Positions 20,459 through 31,789 are shown, counted from the stretch's first letter. The stretch is DNA of 38,404 nt from Octopus sinensis (GCF_006345805.1 NW_021835787.1:1-38404); one strand, 5' to 3'. The notes: generated by a model not told the origin, from the letters alone. Translations and numbers: made by a program.

Positions 20459-21105
20459 TTTGCTGGCCTGATTGATCAAATCTGTAATTGAGGACATTCC
20501 ATTCAAGGCCATCCACCCTGTCTTTACTTGAGAAGTTACATTATCAAATGGGTCTGTCAATGGGGGAACATTCACTTAATTAGTTTGTTACCGTTTGCTG
20601 GCCTGATTAATCAAATCTATAATTGAGGACATTCCATTCGTGGCCATCCACCCTGTCTTTACTTGAGGGGTTACATTATTAAATGGGTCTGTCAGTGGGG
20701 GAATATTCACTTAACTAGTTTGTTATCGTTTGCTGGCCTGATTGATCAAATCTATAATCGAGGACATTCCATTCATGGCCATCCACCCTGTCTTTACTTG
20801 AAGGTTGCATTATTAAATGGGTCTGTCAGTGGGGGAATATTCACTTAACTAGTTTGCTGGCCTGATTGATCAAATCTATAATCGAGGACATTCCATTCGT
20901 GGCCATCCACCCTGTCTTTACTTGAGGGGTTACATTATTAAATGGGTCTGTCAATGGGGGAATATTCACTTAATTAGTTTGTTATCGTTTGCTGGCCTGA
21001 TTGATCAAATCTATAATCAAGGCCATTCCATTCGTGGCCATCCACCCTGTCTTTACTTGAGGGTTGCATTATTAAATGGGTCTGTCAATGGGGGAATATT
21101 CACTT
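20459..21105. repeat. 135-bp tandem repeat, ~5 copies
   Basis: TGCTGGCCTGATT starts at 20461, 20596, 20731, 20855 (11-bp deletion) and 20990. Confidence 0.95.
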
Positions 21106-21240
21106 TTAAAGCCATTTTTTAATTAAATAATGACTTTAAAACACCAACGATCCCTTTCTCACTTTTAATTATTGCTCCATTTCTTATCCTCTCTCTCTCT
21201 CCCTATATATATATATATATAAACAGGACACAAAGGATGT

Positions 21241-21337
21241 TGCGGTACATATGTTTCGAGCTTTATAAGAACAACTTATTCCTTACATCAATGCATAATT
21301 GATATAACAGATAGTTCAAAAGCCCTCTTCAGCCGCA
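21241..21337 (-). ncRNA. Type I hammerhead ribozyme, intact core
   Basis: Minus strand: stem I UGCGG / CUGAAGA / stem II GGGCUUU...AAAGCUC (long loop 2) / GAAA / stem III AC-AUAU-GU (palindrome ACAUAUGU) / cleavage triplet GUA / stem I CCGCA. Predicted cut between 21246 and 21245. Confidence 0.8.
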
Positions 21338-21451
21338 TGCAATTGCTACACCAAAGACTTGTATCACATTATAAAAGGTTTGAGAAAATACATTTGGTAT
21401 TGTTCATAAACCTTTTATAATGTGATACAAGTCTTTGGTGTAGCAATTGCA

Positions 21452-21544
21452 TGCGGCTGAAGAGGGCATTTGAACTATCTGTTATGTCGATTTCATGGAT
21501 GTAAGAATAAGTTGTTCTATAAAGCCCGAAACATATATACCGCA
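21452..21544 (+). ncRNA. Type I hammerhead ribozyme, stem III mismatch (G16.2 to A)
   Basis: TGCGG-CTGAAGA-GGGC...GCCC-GAAA-C-ATAT-A-T-A-CCGCA. Confidence 0.65.
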
Positions 21545-21597
21545 ACATCCTTTGTGTCCTGTTTTCATTTATTTCATTTGATACATACATATATATA

Positions 21598-21649
<52 letters not shown>

Positions 21650-21810
21650 TACAGGCTTTTTTCAGCTATCGTCTACCAAATCTACTGACTAGGTTTTGGT
21701 TGGCCCAAGACTACAGAGAAAACACTTGCCCAAGGTGCTATACAGTGGGTTTGAACCCGGAACCATGTGGTTGAGAAGCAAGCTTCTTACCACACAGCCA
21801 TGCCTTTGCC
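21650..21810 (-). mobile_element. Family A SINE head+core
   Basis: Family A match. Confidence 0.75.
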
Positions 21811-22371
21811 TGGGATGTTAATTATTTTAATGAAACGAAGAGTCTTAGTTACCATCAAGGGAATGAACCAGACATGCATAATTAGGGGTTTAGTAGTAAT
21901 TACCCCTACGGCTTAATACCTTTTGTGGTGTTAGTGCGTGGGTGTGGGGAGTGTTGGAATTAGGGTTAAGGGGTCCATGCAATGGAGTGGTAACAAGAGG
22001 GATTTGAAATGTCTCTTAAGCCTATTTCACACGCATACACACATACGTATACATATTCACACAGATGCATGCATACACACATCCGTATATACACACATCC
22101 ATTCATATACACACACTCACACAGACATACATGTGCGCTTAGATTCATACACACAGTCATACAGTTGAATATGCACATACAACAACAACAACAACAACAC
22201 ACACACGTGTTCAAACACATTCACACTGATATACAAGCTACACGTATATACAGACATATACAGAATCACATAGACATACATATACATATATACACATATA
22301 TACTTCCATACACATACACATTTTGCCTCAAATACATACTCACACACAATTACATAATTCACACACACACA

Positions 22372-23105
22372 CAGGTGCAGGAATGGCTGTGGGGTAAGTA
22401 GCTTGCTTCCCAACCACATGGTTCTAAGTTCAGTCCCACTGAGTGGCACCTTGGGCAACTGTCTTCTACTATAGCCTTTGGGCTGACCAAAGCCTTGTGA
22501 GTGGATTTGGTAGACGGAAACTGGAAGAAGCCTCTCATGCATATATATGGTGGCAAGCTGGCAGAAACGTTAGCACGCTGGGCCGTTACGTTCTGAGTTC
22601 AAATTCCACCGAGGTCGACTTTGCCTTTCATCCTTTCGGGTCGATAAATTAAGTACGAGTTTCGCACTGTGGTCGATGTAATCGTCTTAATCCCTTTGTC
22701 TGTCCTTGTTTGTCCCCTCTGTGTTTAGCCCCTTGTGGGCAGTAAAGAAATATATGTGTAGGGATCTAGCTTGACTAATCCACCTGCTTGTTGCTTGTCA
22801 ATATGAGAGGGAAATCCTCTCCACACAAGATGATTGATGAGGAAACACTCAACAGAGTGTAAATATTTGTAAATATATATATATTTACATGTGTGTGTGT
22901 GTCTGTCTGTTCTCCCCCACCCATCATAGATTGACAACCGATGTTGGTGTGTTTATGTCCCGGAAGCATTAGCGGGTCGGCAAAAGATTCTAATAGAATA
23001 AGTACTAGGCTTACAAAAGAATAAGTCCTTGAGTGGATTTCTTCAACTAAAGACATTGCTCCAGCATGGCCACAGTCAAATGACTGAAACATGTAACAGA
23101 GTAAC
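22372..23105 (+). mobile_element. Family A SINE interrupted by a family B copy (~22553-22752) and ~130 bp of other sequence
   Basis: A head/core 22372-22540, B copy, A tail 22900-23105. Confidence 0.75.
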
Positions 23106-23285
23106 ACACAGAAACATACACACACACACATATTCAAACACATTCATGCTTGTATACAAACTACACATATACACAAACATACAGTCACACACACACGCAC
23201 ACTCCCTCACATATATAAACTTTGTTCCAAATACATATTCACAACGTATATAAACCACTCACATACACACTCGTGAAAATACGTG

Positions 23286-23768
23286 GGTACTACCTAAGAA
23301 GAATGGTCCCGGTGCGCGCATCCGCACTAGCTAGTCGTGACTAGTCGATCCTTACTTTGTGTTTTTTGATTTATTTACTTTGTTTAAAAAATTATTTATT
23401 TTGTGTAAAAAAATTATTATTTTGTGTTTTATTTACTTTGCTAGGTAGTCGTAGGATCGACTAGTCACGACTAGCTAGCGCGGATACGCGAGTGCGCGCA
23501 CCGGGACCACTCTTCTTAAGTAGTACCTATTTCTTTATTACCCACAAGGGGCTAAACACAGAGGGGACAAATAAGGACAGACATAGGTATTAAGTCGATT
23601 ACATCGACCCCAGTGCGTAACTGGTACTTACTTATTTAATCGACCCCGAAAGGATGAAAGGCAAAGTCGACCTCGGCAGAATTTGAACTCACAACATAAC
23701 GGCAGACGAAATACCGCTAAGCATTTCGCCCGGCACGCTAACGTTTCTGCCAGCTCTTAAGTAGTACC
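23286..23768. mobile_element. Mutator (MULE)-type MITE, ~70-bp TIRs, 9-bp TSD, with a nested SINE
   Basis: TIR GGTACTAC.TAAGAAGA.TGGTCCCGGTGCGCGCA...CTAGTCGATCCT mirrored at the right end; AAATACGTG (23277-23285) / AAATACGCG (23769-23777). Confidence 0.8.
23528..23756 (-). mobile_element. Family B SINE monomer, full length, with 12-14-bp TSD
   Basis: TCTTAAGTAGTACC at 23514-23527 and 23755-23768. Confidence 0.92.
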
Positions 23769-24104
23769 AAATACGCGTAAACACACAACCACACCCTGTT
23801 ATTATTATCATTATCATTATTTTCCAAGTCAAGTAATTCCTTGTTTTCCTTTTAAGACTCTCCCATCCTTCCTCCGGCCCGACTGACGACTAAACACACA
23901 CACACACACACACACACACACTTCTCTCTCTCTCTCTCTCTCTCCATTTTTTGTTAATCACCCATTCTCATTTAATTGTATATATTTTAATTGTTTATTC
24001 ATACGTTTCGTCTCATTCGATATCCTGACCCCCAAAGTTTTGTTTTGTCTGTCCTCGTATCCGGGGGAGGGGGGCTCTTTTTCTCAACCTTACGGTGAAT
24101 AAAG

Positions 24105-24245
24105 AAATACTCTCTCTTCCTCTCTCTCCCTCACTCTCTCTCTCTTTCTCTCTCTCTCTCCCTCTTTCTTTCTCTCTCTCTCTCTTTTTTCTCTCTCTCT
24201 CTCTTTTTCTCTCCCTCTTTCTTTCTCTCTCTCCCTCTTTCTTTC

Positions 24246-24276
<31 letters not shown>

Positions 24277-24282
24277 CTCTCC

Positions 24283-24313
<31 letters not shown>

Positions 24314-24320
24314 CCTCCCA
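24105..24320. repeat. (CT)n/CTTT polypyrimidine microsatellite
   Basis: Visible directly. Confidence 0.95.
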
Positions 24321-24590
24321 CTGCTGTTTGCTTCCAAGTAATGTCAAATCGGCTCCCAAGTACCTAGCGAAAACATTCTAGCCCTCTTTGTGACTTCATA
24401 TCCTTCCCCTCCCCTCTTTCCCCCTCCACTTCTCTCTGTCCTTCTCCCCCCCCCTTCTGACACACTTAGTACTTTTTGAAACATACTTCCACTGTAAGGA
24501 GGCGAAGAGGAACCACTTGTTTAATATACACACACACGCCAACATACACTCATTCATACATACATACATACATACACGCACACACACACA

Positions 24591-24824
24591 TATGACTGAA
24601 GGTGTTTAGGACCCGGACACTGCTAGAAATAAGAGCTAAAGGGCTCTGTTGCTGCTGTCCAATGCCCATATAATTGTGTATGTACATAGATGACGGCAGT
24701 GGCCGTAGATGGCCGGAAATTGCCGGCTTGAACGTACCCAATCCTATTTGCGTCGACAACAGCATTAGAGCCCTTCAGCTGTTATTTCTAGCAGTGTCCG
24801 AGTTCTCACACCCCTCAGCCATTT
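24591..24824. mobile_element. TIR/fold-back MITE, superfamily unassigned
   Basis: GGACCCGGACACTGCTAGAAATAAGAGCTAAAGGGCTCT vs reverse complement of right end GAACTCGGACACTGCTAGAAATAACAGCTGAAGGGCTCT (35/39), with weaker extension outward. Confidence 0.75.
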
Positions 24825-25334
24825 AATGACGTTTATTGTTTGCCTTTTTTGGTAAAACTCTGTCAACTAGCTGCCGCCTTTAATCATGTATATATATATA
24901 TATATGAGAAGGAATGGTATTATTAAAATACCATCAGGTGCAGCAAACGAGTTATCAGCCGTACAGGCAAAATTTTATATATATATATACGTATATAAAT
25001 ATATACGTATATATAGATATTAGAAGAAATGAGGTACTCAGAAAATCGGATGGGTCTATATTTACAGATATTTATTTGTATATTACATTTTTTTTTTATA
25101 CATCATATAACTTAGATCATGTATTAGCGCTTTCTCCCATTCTAGTGGGGTTTTCAAATCAAACTAAGTTCGTGTGTGAAAAGTTTTGACCATTTTATAG
25201 TGGTATTGAGTTTGTAGTGGTGGGGAGGAATATAAGACAGTACAAGACAATACATATTTGGACATATATATATTATTATATATATTATATATATATATAT
25301 ATATTATATATATATATATACATACATACATACA

Positions 25335-25370
<36 letters not shown>

Positions 25371-25536
25371 TACGTATATGGGAATTGCTTTTTCTTTGAC
25401 TGGGGATTATTGTGGCTACCGACAAAGAGAGAGAGAGAGAGAGATAGACAGCGTTTACTAAGAATATAAAGGCCGGTGAAGGTTCCCTTAAGGGGAGAGA
25501 ACCACTTCAGGGTTTATATTTATATTTTATTATATA

Positions 25537-25932
25537 CTAGCTGTATCGCCCGGCGTTGCTCGCGTTTGTAAGGGAAATAACTATATAGGCATTTTTAGAG
25601 AGTTATAGCCAAAAATTAGCAAAAAAATGCATTAAAAATGGAAAAAAAAATGATGGTAATTTTTTTTTTTAATCGTTGACTCGTAGACATTTTTAGAGAG
25701 TTACTTCCCTTATATAATAGCGAAAAAATGCATTAAAACGGAAACAAATGATGGTAAATTTTTTTTCAAATCGTAGACTCATCGTAGACGCGCGCTAATA
25801 GCCAGAAGGGCTCGGCATGTATCACGACTATAAGATACCCGGTTTTGGTTAAACTGCACCGCAAAATGTGGGAGTAGTTAGGAATCTAAATCGTAGGAGA
25901 CAGACACACAACTTCACTTTTATATATAAAGA
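25537..25932 (-). mobile_element. Non-autonomous Helitron (396 bp)
   Basis: Minus strand A|TCTTTATATATAAAAGTGAAG...GCAACGCCGGGCGATACAGCTAG|T: 5' TC, 3' CTAG, GC-rich subterminal motif, insertion between A and T, no TSD. Contains an internal ~100-bp duplication. Confidence 0.8.
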
Positions 25933-26284
25933 TATTATTTTTGTAATTTAATCTTTACTTTTTATTGTTATTTGAATTTTAACTTTTCTATTATACGTAA
26001 TTTTCTAGATGGTGTTATTTAGTTATTCATTTTGAATTGATAAAAGGTGGTTTTTTTCTAATATTTTATATTGTGTGTAATTTGATTTAGTATTTCTAAA
26101 TTGAATTCTTTTTCGTTGTAAGTCTGGATTTTATTCCCTCAAATAATAATTATATATATACATACATATATATATGTGTATATAAATATATATACACACA
26201 CACACACATATATATATATACACATATATATATATGTATATAAATATATATATATGTGTGTGTGTATAATATACATGCATATAT

Positions 26285-26650
26285 GGGTACAGGACATCAA
26301 AAAACGTTGAATACAATGAGAAACGAAAACATAAAAGCAAAAGCATAGAAAACGAACTTTTTTTCAAACAACGAAAAAAACAGAGAAACGAGACATGCAA
26401 CATAAAGAATATTCCCCTTCATCAGTTGTTGTCCCTGTTTCATCTACTCCATGTTTCGAAGGTAAGGACAATACACAACTTCGTTGAAACAATCCTTCAC
26501 GCAAAGCAAATTAAATAAAATTTGGCATTTTTTGCAAAGGGTGAGAATATATATAGGACAGGACAGTGAGAACAAGACAGTAAAAACAAACAGTGAGGGC
26601 CGTTAAGCCAAGACGATAGAAAAATTGTTATGAACGCAAGGAAGATGAGC
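26285..26650 (-). mobile_element. Probable Penelope-like tail with decayed hammerhead-like motifs
   Basis: Minus strand TGTTTCAACGAAG...CTTCGAAACATG and CTGATGAAGGGG, T-rich tail into (TA)n. Confidence 0.35.
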
Positions 26651-26707
26651 TTATGAGAGGAGACAGGTGTCTTTAGGAAGGAAATGGACAGAGAGATAGA
26701 TTTCCTA

Positions 26708-26915
26708 GGCACAGGTGTGGCTGTGTGGTAAGAAGCTTGCATCCCAAGCACAACCGGGTTCAGTGCCACTTGCTCCGGGCCTACGAAAGCTGTGTGAGTG
26801 GATTTGGTAGATGGAAACTGAAAGAAGCCCATCATATATATATATATGTGTGTGTGTGTGTTTGTGTCTCTGTTTATCTCCCCCACCATTGCTTGACAAC
26901 TGATATTGGTGTGTT
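26708..26915 (+). mobile_element. Family A SINE (diverged, 3'-incomplete)
   Basis: Family A match. Confidence 0.75.
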
Positions 26916-27154
26916 TATCTATCTATCCGTCTATCTATCTATCTGTCTATCCATCTATCTATCTATCTATCTCTCCATCTGTTTATCTATACATCTATCT
27001 ATCTATCCATCTATTTATCTATCCATCTTTTTATTTATCCATCTATCTATCTATCTATCTATCTATCCATCTATTTATCTATCCGTCTATCTATCTTAAC
27101 AATCTATCTATCTATCTATCTGTCTGTCTATCTATCTGTCTGTCTGTCTATCTA

Positions 27155-27192
<38 letters not shown>

Positions 27193-27290
27193 CGTCTATT
27201 TATCTATCCATTCGTCCGTCCGTCCGTCCGTCCGTCCGTCTGTCCGTCCGTCCGTCTGTCTGTCTATCTGTCTTTCTTTCTCTCTGTCAT
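26916..27290. repeat. Compound (CTAT)n/(CTGT)n/(CCGT)n tetranucleotide microsatellite
   Basis: Visible directly. Confidence 0.95.
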
Positions 27291-27824
27291 TATACAGTAA
27301 CACACAAATATACACATATTCTTATATACCTACCTATATACACACACACACACACTCACAACCTCATTCTAAATAAACATCTATCTATATATATATATAT
27401 ATATATATATATCTCACATAGTATTACACACACATACACACTTTCACACAAGTCCATATAATTCACACATCATCACACACACACACACACACACACTCAA
27501 CACTTTTTCTGTTCTCCCTTAGATGATACCTCTCACCTTTCTCGCTCTCTCCCTCTCTCTTCACCTCATTCTCTCTCTCTCCCCCTCTCTCATAAACTCA
27601 TAAGAGAGACCAAACTAAGTCTAACTCACATCCTACATCTGAATGGTTTGTTACCATAACCTACATTGTCATTATGTATCACAATTTCTATTACTTTTTC
27701 CTTTTTTTTTTTTCCTGATTTATTTCATTTTTCTCCTATTTTCTCTCTCCTTCCACTGATTTTTATTCTTACAAAATTGTATAACTATAACATTGGCTGT
27801 TGTGTTCACTTTCTTTAATTGTAT

Positions 27825-27859
27825 ATATATATATATATATATAGTATATATATATATAG

Positions 27860-27894
<35 letters not shown>

Positions 27895-27931
27895 TAAAAT
27901 GACGTTTTTTTTAAAGTATTGTGAGGTATAT

Positions 27932-27971
<40 letters not shown>

Positions 27972-28002
27972 CACATATTTATATATATACATATATTCAA
28001 AT

Positions 28003-28050
<48 letters not shown>

Positions 28051-28430
28051 GCATATATCCGTATATGTGGTGGTGGCAATAATGGTGGCAGTGGATATGG
28101 TAGATATTATGGGGATGGTAGTGGTGGTAATAGTTAGTAGTGGTGGTGGTGGTGGTGGTGTGGTGGTGGTGGTGGTGGTGGTGGTGGTGGTAGTGGTGAG
28201 GGAGCTGGTAGTCGGTCAGGCTGACCAAATCCCTTTTTATGTAAGTGAAGGTCAGCTCTGTATTCGTTTTTGGGTGTTGGTGTATTTTGTTGCTGTTGTT
28301 GTTGTTGTTACCGTGGTGGTGGTGGTGGTGGTGGTGGTGGTGTGATGCTGATACAGATAATGGCGATGATGATGGTCGGCATAGTGTTATGATGATTATG
28401 ATGATGATGATGATGATGATGATGTTGTTG
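27825..28430. repeat. (TA)n followed by (GGT)n/(TGA)n microsatellites
   Basis: Visible directly. Source of the polyV/polyH/polyM ORFs. Confidence 0.9.
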
Positions 28431-28636
28431 GCATGCATAAGTTTGTGTGTGTTACTTGGTGCATGGGGTGGAAGTGATCTCCATGTGTGTGTGTGAGAGA
28501 GAGAGAGAGAGGGTGGGTGGGAGAACTAAATGTATATCATTAGCTCCATCAGTCTGAATCGCAGAAGAAATATTTTTTTTTATAGTCTGGCACTGTTGTT
28601 ATTTCTGATATCCAAGTCCATTTCTTCCTAACAGTG

Positions 28637-28682
<46 letters not shown>

Positions 28683-28694
28683 TAATAATAATAA

Positions 28695-29265
28695 TGATAA
28701 TTCATTCTTTTATTGGCCACATGAGCTAATATAAGCAAAACATTAAAGGACAACACAAGACGATATACAAAGGGTTTTGCAAGTGCCAACCTCTTGTCTA
28801 ACACCTTGGCCAAAATCTTTAACTGTGCATTGAGTAGAGTGATGGGCCTGAAATTTTCTATAACGTCCCCCTTGTTTGGGTCCTTTCTCAGTTGTGCCAC
28901 CCCCATCCTTGACAAGCAAAAGCTGGAATACTCCCATTTTGGTGCCAGTTTCAGTAGATGTCTGCCAAGGGGCCCCATAAACAAGTCTGGGGCATTGAAA
29001 TGTAAAGCTCGCAGGACAGACCATCCAAGCCTGGCGATCTGCCTCTCATGCAGCTTTTCACTGCTTCCTGTACTTCCCAGGCTCTTATCAGTCTTTCGCA
29101 GCACTACGCCTCGTTCACCGAGGGTCACGGCAGGTCGTCCAGGTACACACTGAAGTCTGCTCGGTTATCCGTCCTACCACTCATCCCAAACAGTTGAGCA
29201 AAGTGCTGCTGAAAGGCCGCACACATCTGCTTTAGTTCCAACACCTCACGTCCACTCTGGTCCAC
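28695..29265 (-). pseudogene. Decayed, internally deleted L1/Tx1 ORF2 (linker + start of RT) joined directly to a 3' tail
   Basis: My translation: LVDQSGREV...FQQHFAQLF...AVKSCMRGRSPGLDGL...; after a frameshift GVAQLRKDPNKGDVIENFRPITLLNAQLKILAKVLDKRLA (SPGxDG and N[F/W]RPIxLLN motifs). In-frame stops present; then tail ...TAGCTCATGTGGCCAATAAAAGAA. Confidence 0.88.
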
Positions 29266-29340
29266 CAGAACTCTGTCAAACCGTCCAACCCATGCCAGCA
29301 TGCAAAACGGACGTTAAACGATGATGATGATGCTGATATA

Positions 29341-29920
29341 CAGGATGGCCCCAAAGTAGGCTTGCAGTTATCATGTAGGCACTTTAAATTTCTTTTAAAA
29401 CATTTTATTACATTTAAATTTCTATCTTGGCCGATGCCAGCGCCGCCCCGACTGGCTTCTGTGCCGGTGGCACATAAAAAGCACCATCCGAACATGGCCG
29501 TTGCCAGCGCTACCTTGGCTGGCTCCCGTGCTGGTGGCACGTTAAAAGCTCCAACCGATCGTGGCCAATGCCGGACCCCCTTGGCACCTGTGCAGGTGGC
29601 ACGTAAAAAGCACCACTACACTCGCAGAGTGGTTGGCGTTTAGGAAGGCATCCAGCTGTAAAACTCTGCCAGATCAGACTGGAGCCTGGTGCAGCCCCTG
29701 GCTTCCCAGACCCGGTCGAACCGTCAACCCGTCTGGCGCGGAAAACGGACGTTAAACGATGATGATGATGATGATCTTACAAACTTAAAAGGGAGCTTGA
29801 TAAAATTAACTAAATTGGCATGGAATAATGGTTTCATTTCTTTTTTATAATTAAGATTTATAATGTTTGAATACAAAAGAGATTGTTGAATAACTGTAAA
29901 CCTCCTGTTAGGCCCCCCTG
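29341..29920. mobile_element. Tc1/mariner-type MITE (TA TSD) split by a family D insertion
   Basis: TA|CAGGATGGCCCCAAAGTAGGCTTGCAGTTA vs reverse complement of right end TA|CAGGGGGGCCTAACAGGAGGTTTACAGTTA. Confidence 0.6.
29428..29775 (+). mobile_element. Family D element
   Basis: GTGCCGGTGGCACATAAAAAGCACC...GGTTGGCGTTTAGGAAGGCATCCAG...GGACGTTAAAC(GAT)n. Confidence 0.8.
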
Positions 29921-29937
29921 TATATAATATATATGTT

Positions 29938-30305
29938 GCGCAGGCGTGGCTGTGTGGTAAGAAGCTTGCTTCCCAACCATATGGTCTTGGGTTCGTTCGT
30001 ATTGTGGGGTACCTTGGGAAAGTGTCTTCTAATAGAGCCTTGTGAGTGGATTTGGGAGATGGAAACTGAAAAGAAGCTCTTCGTATGTGTGTATGTGTGT
30101 GTGTGTCTTTGTTTCTGTGTTTGTCCCCATCTGATGTTGGTGTTTGCATCCTTGTAACTTAGCAGTTCAGCAAAAGAGACCAATAGAATATGTACTAGGC
30201 ATTAGAAAAAAAACAAAGCCTTATGGTTGATTTCTTCAACTAAATCCCTTCAAGGCAGTGCTCCAGCATGGCCACAGTCAAATGACTGAAACAAGTAAAA
30301 GAGTA
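29938..30305 (+). mobile_element. Family A SINE (diverged)
   Basis: Family A match. Confidence 0.75.
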
Positions 30306-30635
30306 ACAGACTATACAAGAGTGTTGTAGTTTGATTGAAGCATTGTAATACCGAACAAGATTAGAAAGAGAGAAAATGGAAAGCTTCTGACCACGCCGAA
30401 AGTTGAATAAAAGCCTTATATTTCGGGCACAAAGGCCTGTTTTCAGAAGGAAAACAGTCTGAGAAATGTCCAGTTGTGTAGGTTCTGTTAACCCTTTCGA
30501 ATTTGCATGTTGTGTGTAGTGTCTGGAAAGACATCATATTCAGACACCATTTTAGGAATATGTGTGTATGTGTACAGACACACACATATATATAAATATC
30601 TATCTATCTATCTATCTATCTATATATATATATAT

Positions 30636-30682
<47 letters not shown>

Positions 30683-31114
30683 TGTGTGTGTATATATATA
30701 TATATATATACTATACAAACACACACACACACATTCATACACACACGGATGTGTGTGGACGCTCATGAATATTTCAATAGGACACAGTTCTTCCCTAGCG
30801 CCAACGCCAACACCTTCACTGACCCAGTTATGATCCATATTTCATGAGGCAATCTAGGGTGTTTGGAGCCAAGCTGAAACCTTCTTTGTTCTAAAGTATA
30901 ACCATAACAGCTTTTATAAATGTTTAATGCAACAATACATTACGCCTATTCTCAGTTCACGCAACCTTGTTACCTTCTTTCTTCTTCTTTTTGGCTAACT
31001 CATTGAAAATTTCAAAAGGGAAAATATGAAATGTTTTTTTCTATACATCGACAGCAAACGTAAAAATTAAACGTTTTAAATTGAGTGTAGTGTTGGATTG
31101 TGGATATATATTAC

Positions 31115-31500
31115 TCTTTTACTTGTTTCGGTCATTTGACTGTGGCCATTCTGGAGCACCGCCTTTAGTAGAGCAAATCGACCCCGGGACTTATTCTTTG
31201 TAAGCCCAGTACTTATTCCATCGAACCGCTAAGTGACGGGAACGTAAACACACCAGCATCGGTTGTCAAGCAATGCTAGAGGGACAAACACAGACACACA
31301 AACATACACGCATATACATATATATACATATATACGACAAGCTTTTTTCAGTTTCCGTCTACCAAATCCACTCATAAGGCTTTAGTCGACCCGAGGCTGT
31401 AGTAGAAGACACTTGCCCAAGATGCCACGCAGTGGGACTGAACCCAGAACCATGTGGTTGGTAAACAAGCTACTTACCACACAGCCACTCCTGCGCCTTA
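31115..31500 (-). mobile_element. Family A SINE, full length
   Basis: Family A match. Confidence 0.85.
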
Positions 31501-31606
31501 TATATTTTTTTTGTATTTGTTTTTGTATTTACAGCCTTTTACTTTTCAATCTGAGTTCAGATCGCACCCAGATCAAAATTCAGATGATAATGATAATAAT
31601 CATCAT

Positions 31607-31750
31607 CATCATCATCATCATTTAACGTCCGTTTTCCATGCTGGCATGGGTTGGACGGTTCAACTGGAGTCTGGGAAGCCAGGAGGCTGCACCAGACCCA
31701 GTCTGATCTGGCAATGTTTCTACAGCTGGATGCCCTTCCTAACGCCAATA
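31607..31750 (-). mobile_element. Family D 3' tail
   Basis: (CAT)n-TTAACGTCCG...GGATGCCCTTCCTAACGCC. Confidence 0.8.
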
Positions 31751-31789
31751 ATAATAATAATAGTAATAATCCTTTTTATTATATGTACA

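Larger units (their letters stand above)
21221..21564. mobile_element. Head-to-head inverted repeat (family H1, Penelope-like terminal repeat), ~160-bp arms, 26-bp spacer
   Basis: Arms 21221-21381 and 21408-21564 are reverse complements; the inner 60 bp are identical; (TA)n-rich DNA on both outer sides. Confidence 0.9.

Noticed and set aside
26400-26500. CTGATGAAG and CTTCGAAAC on the minus strand as a type II or III hammerhead
   Set aside because: Stems I and III cannot be formed; kept only as a decayed Penelope-like tail.
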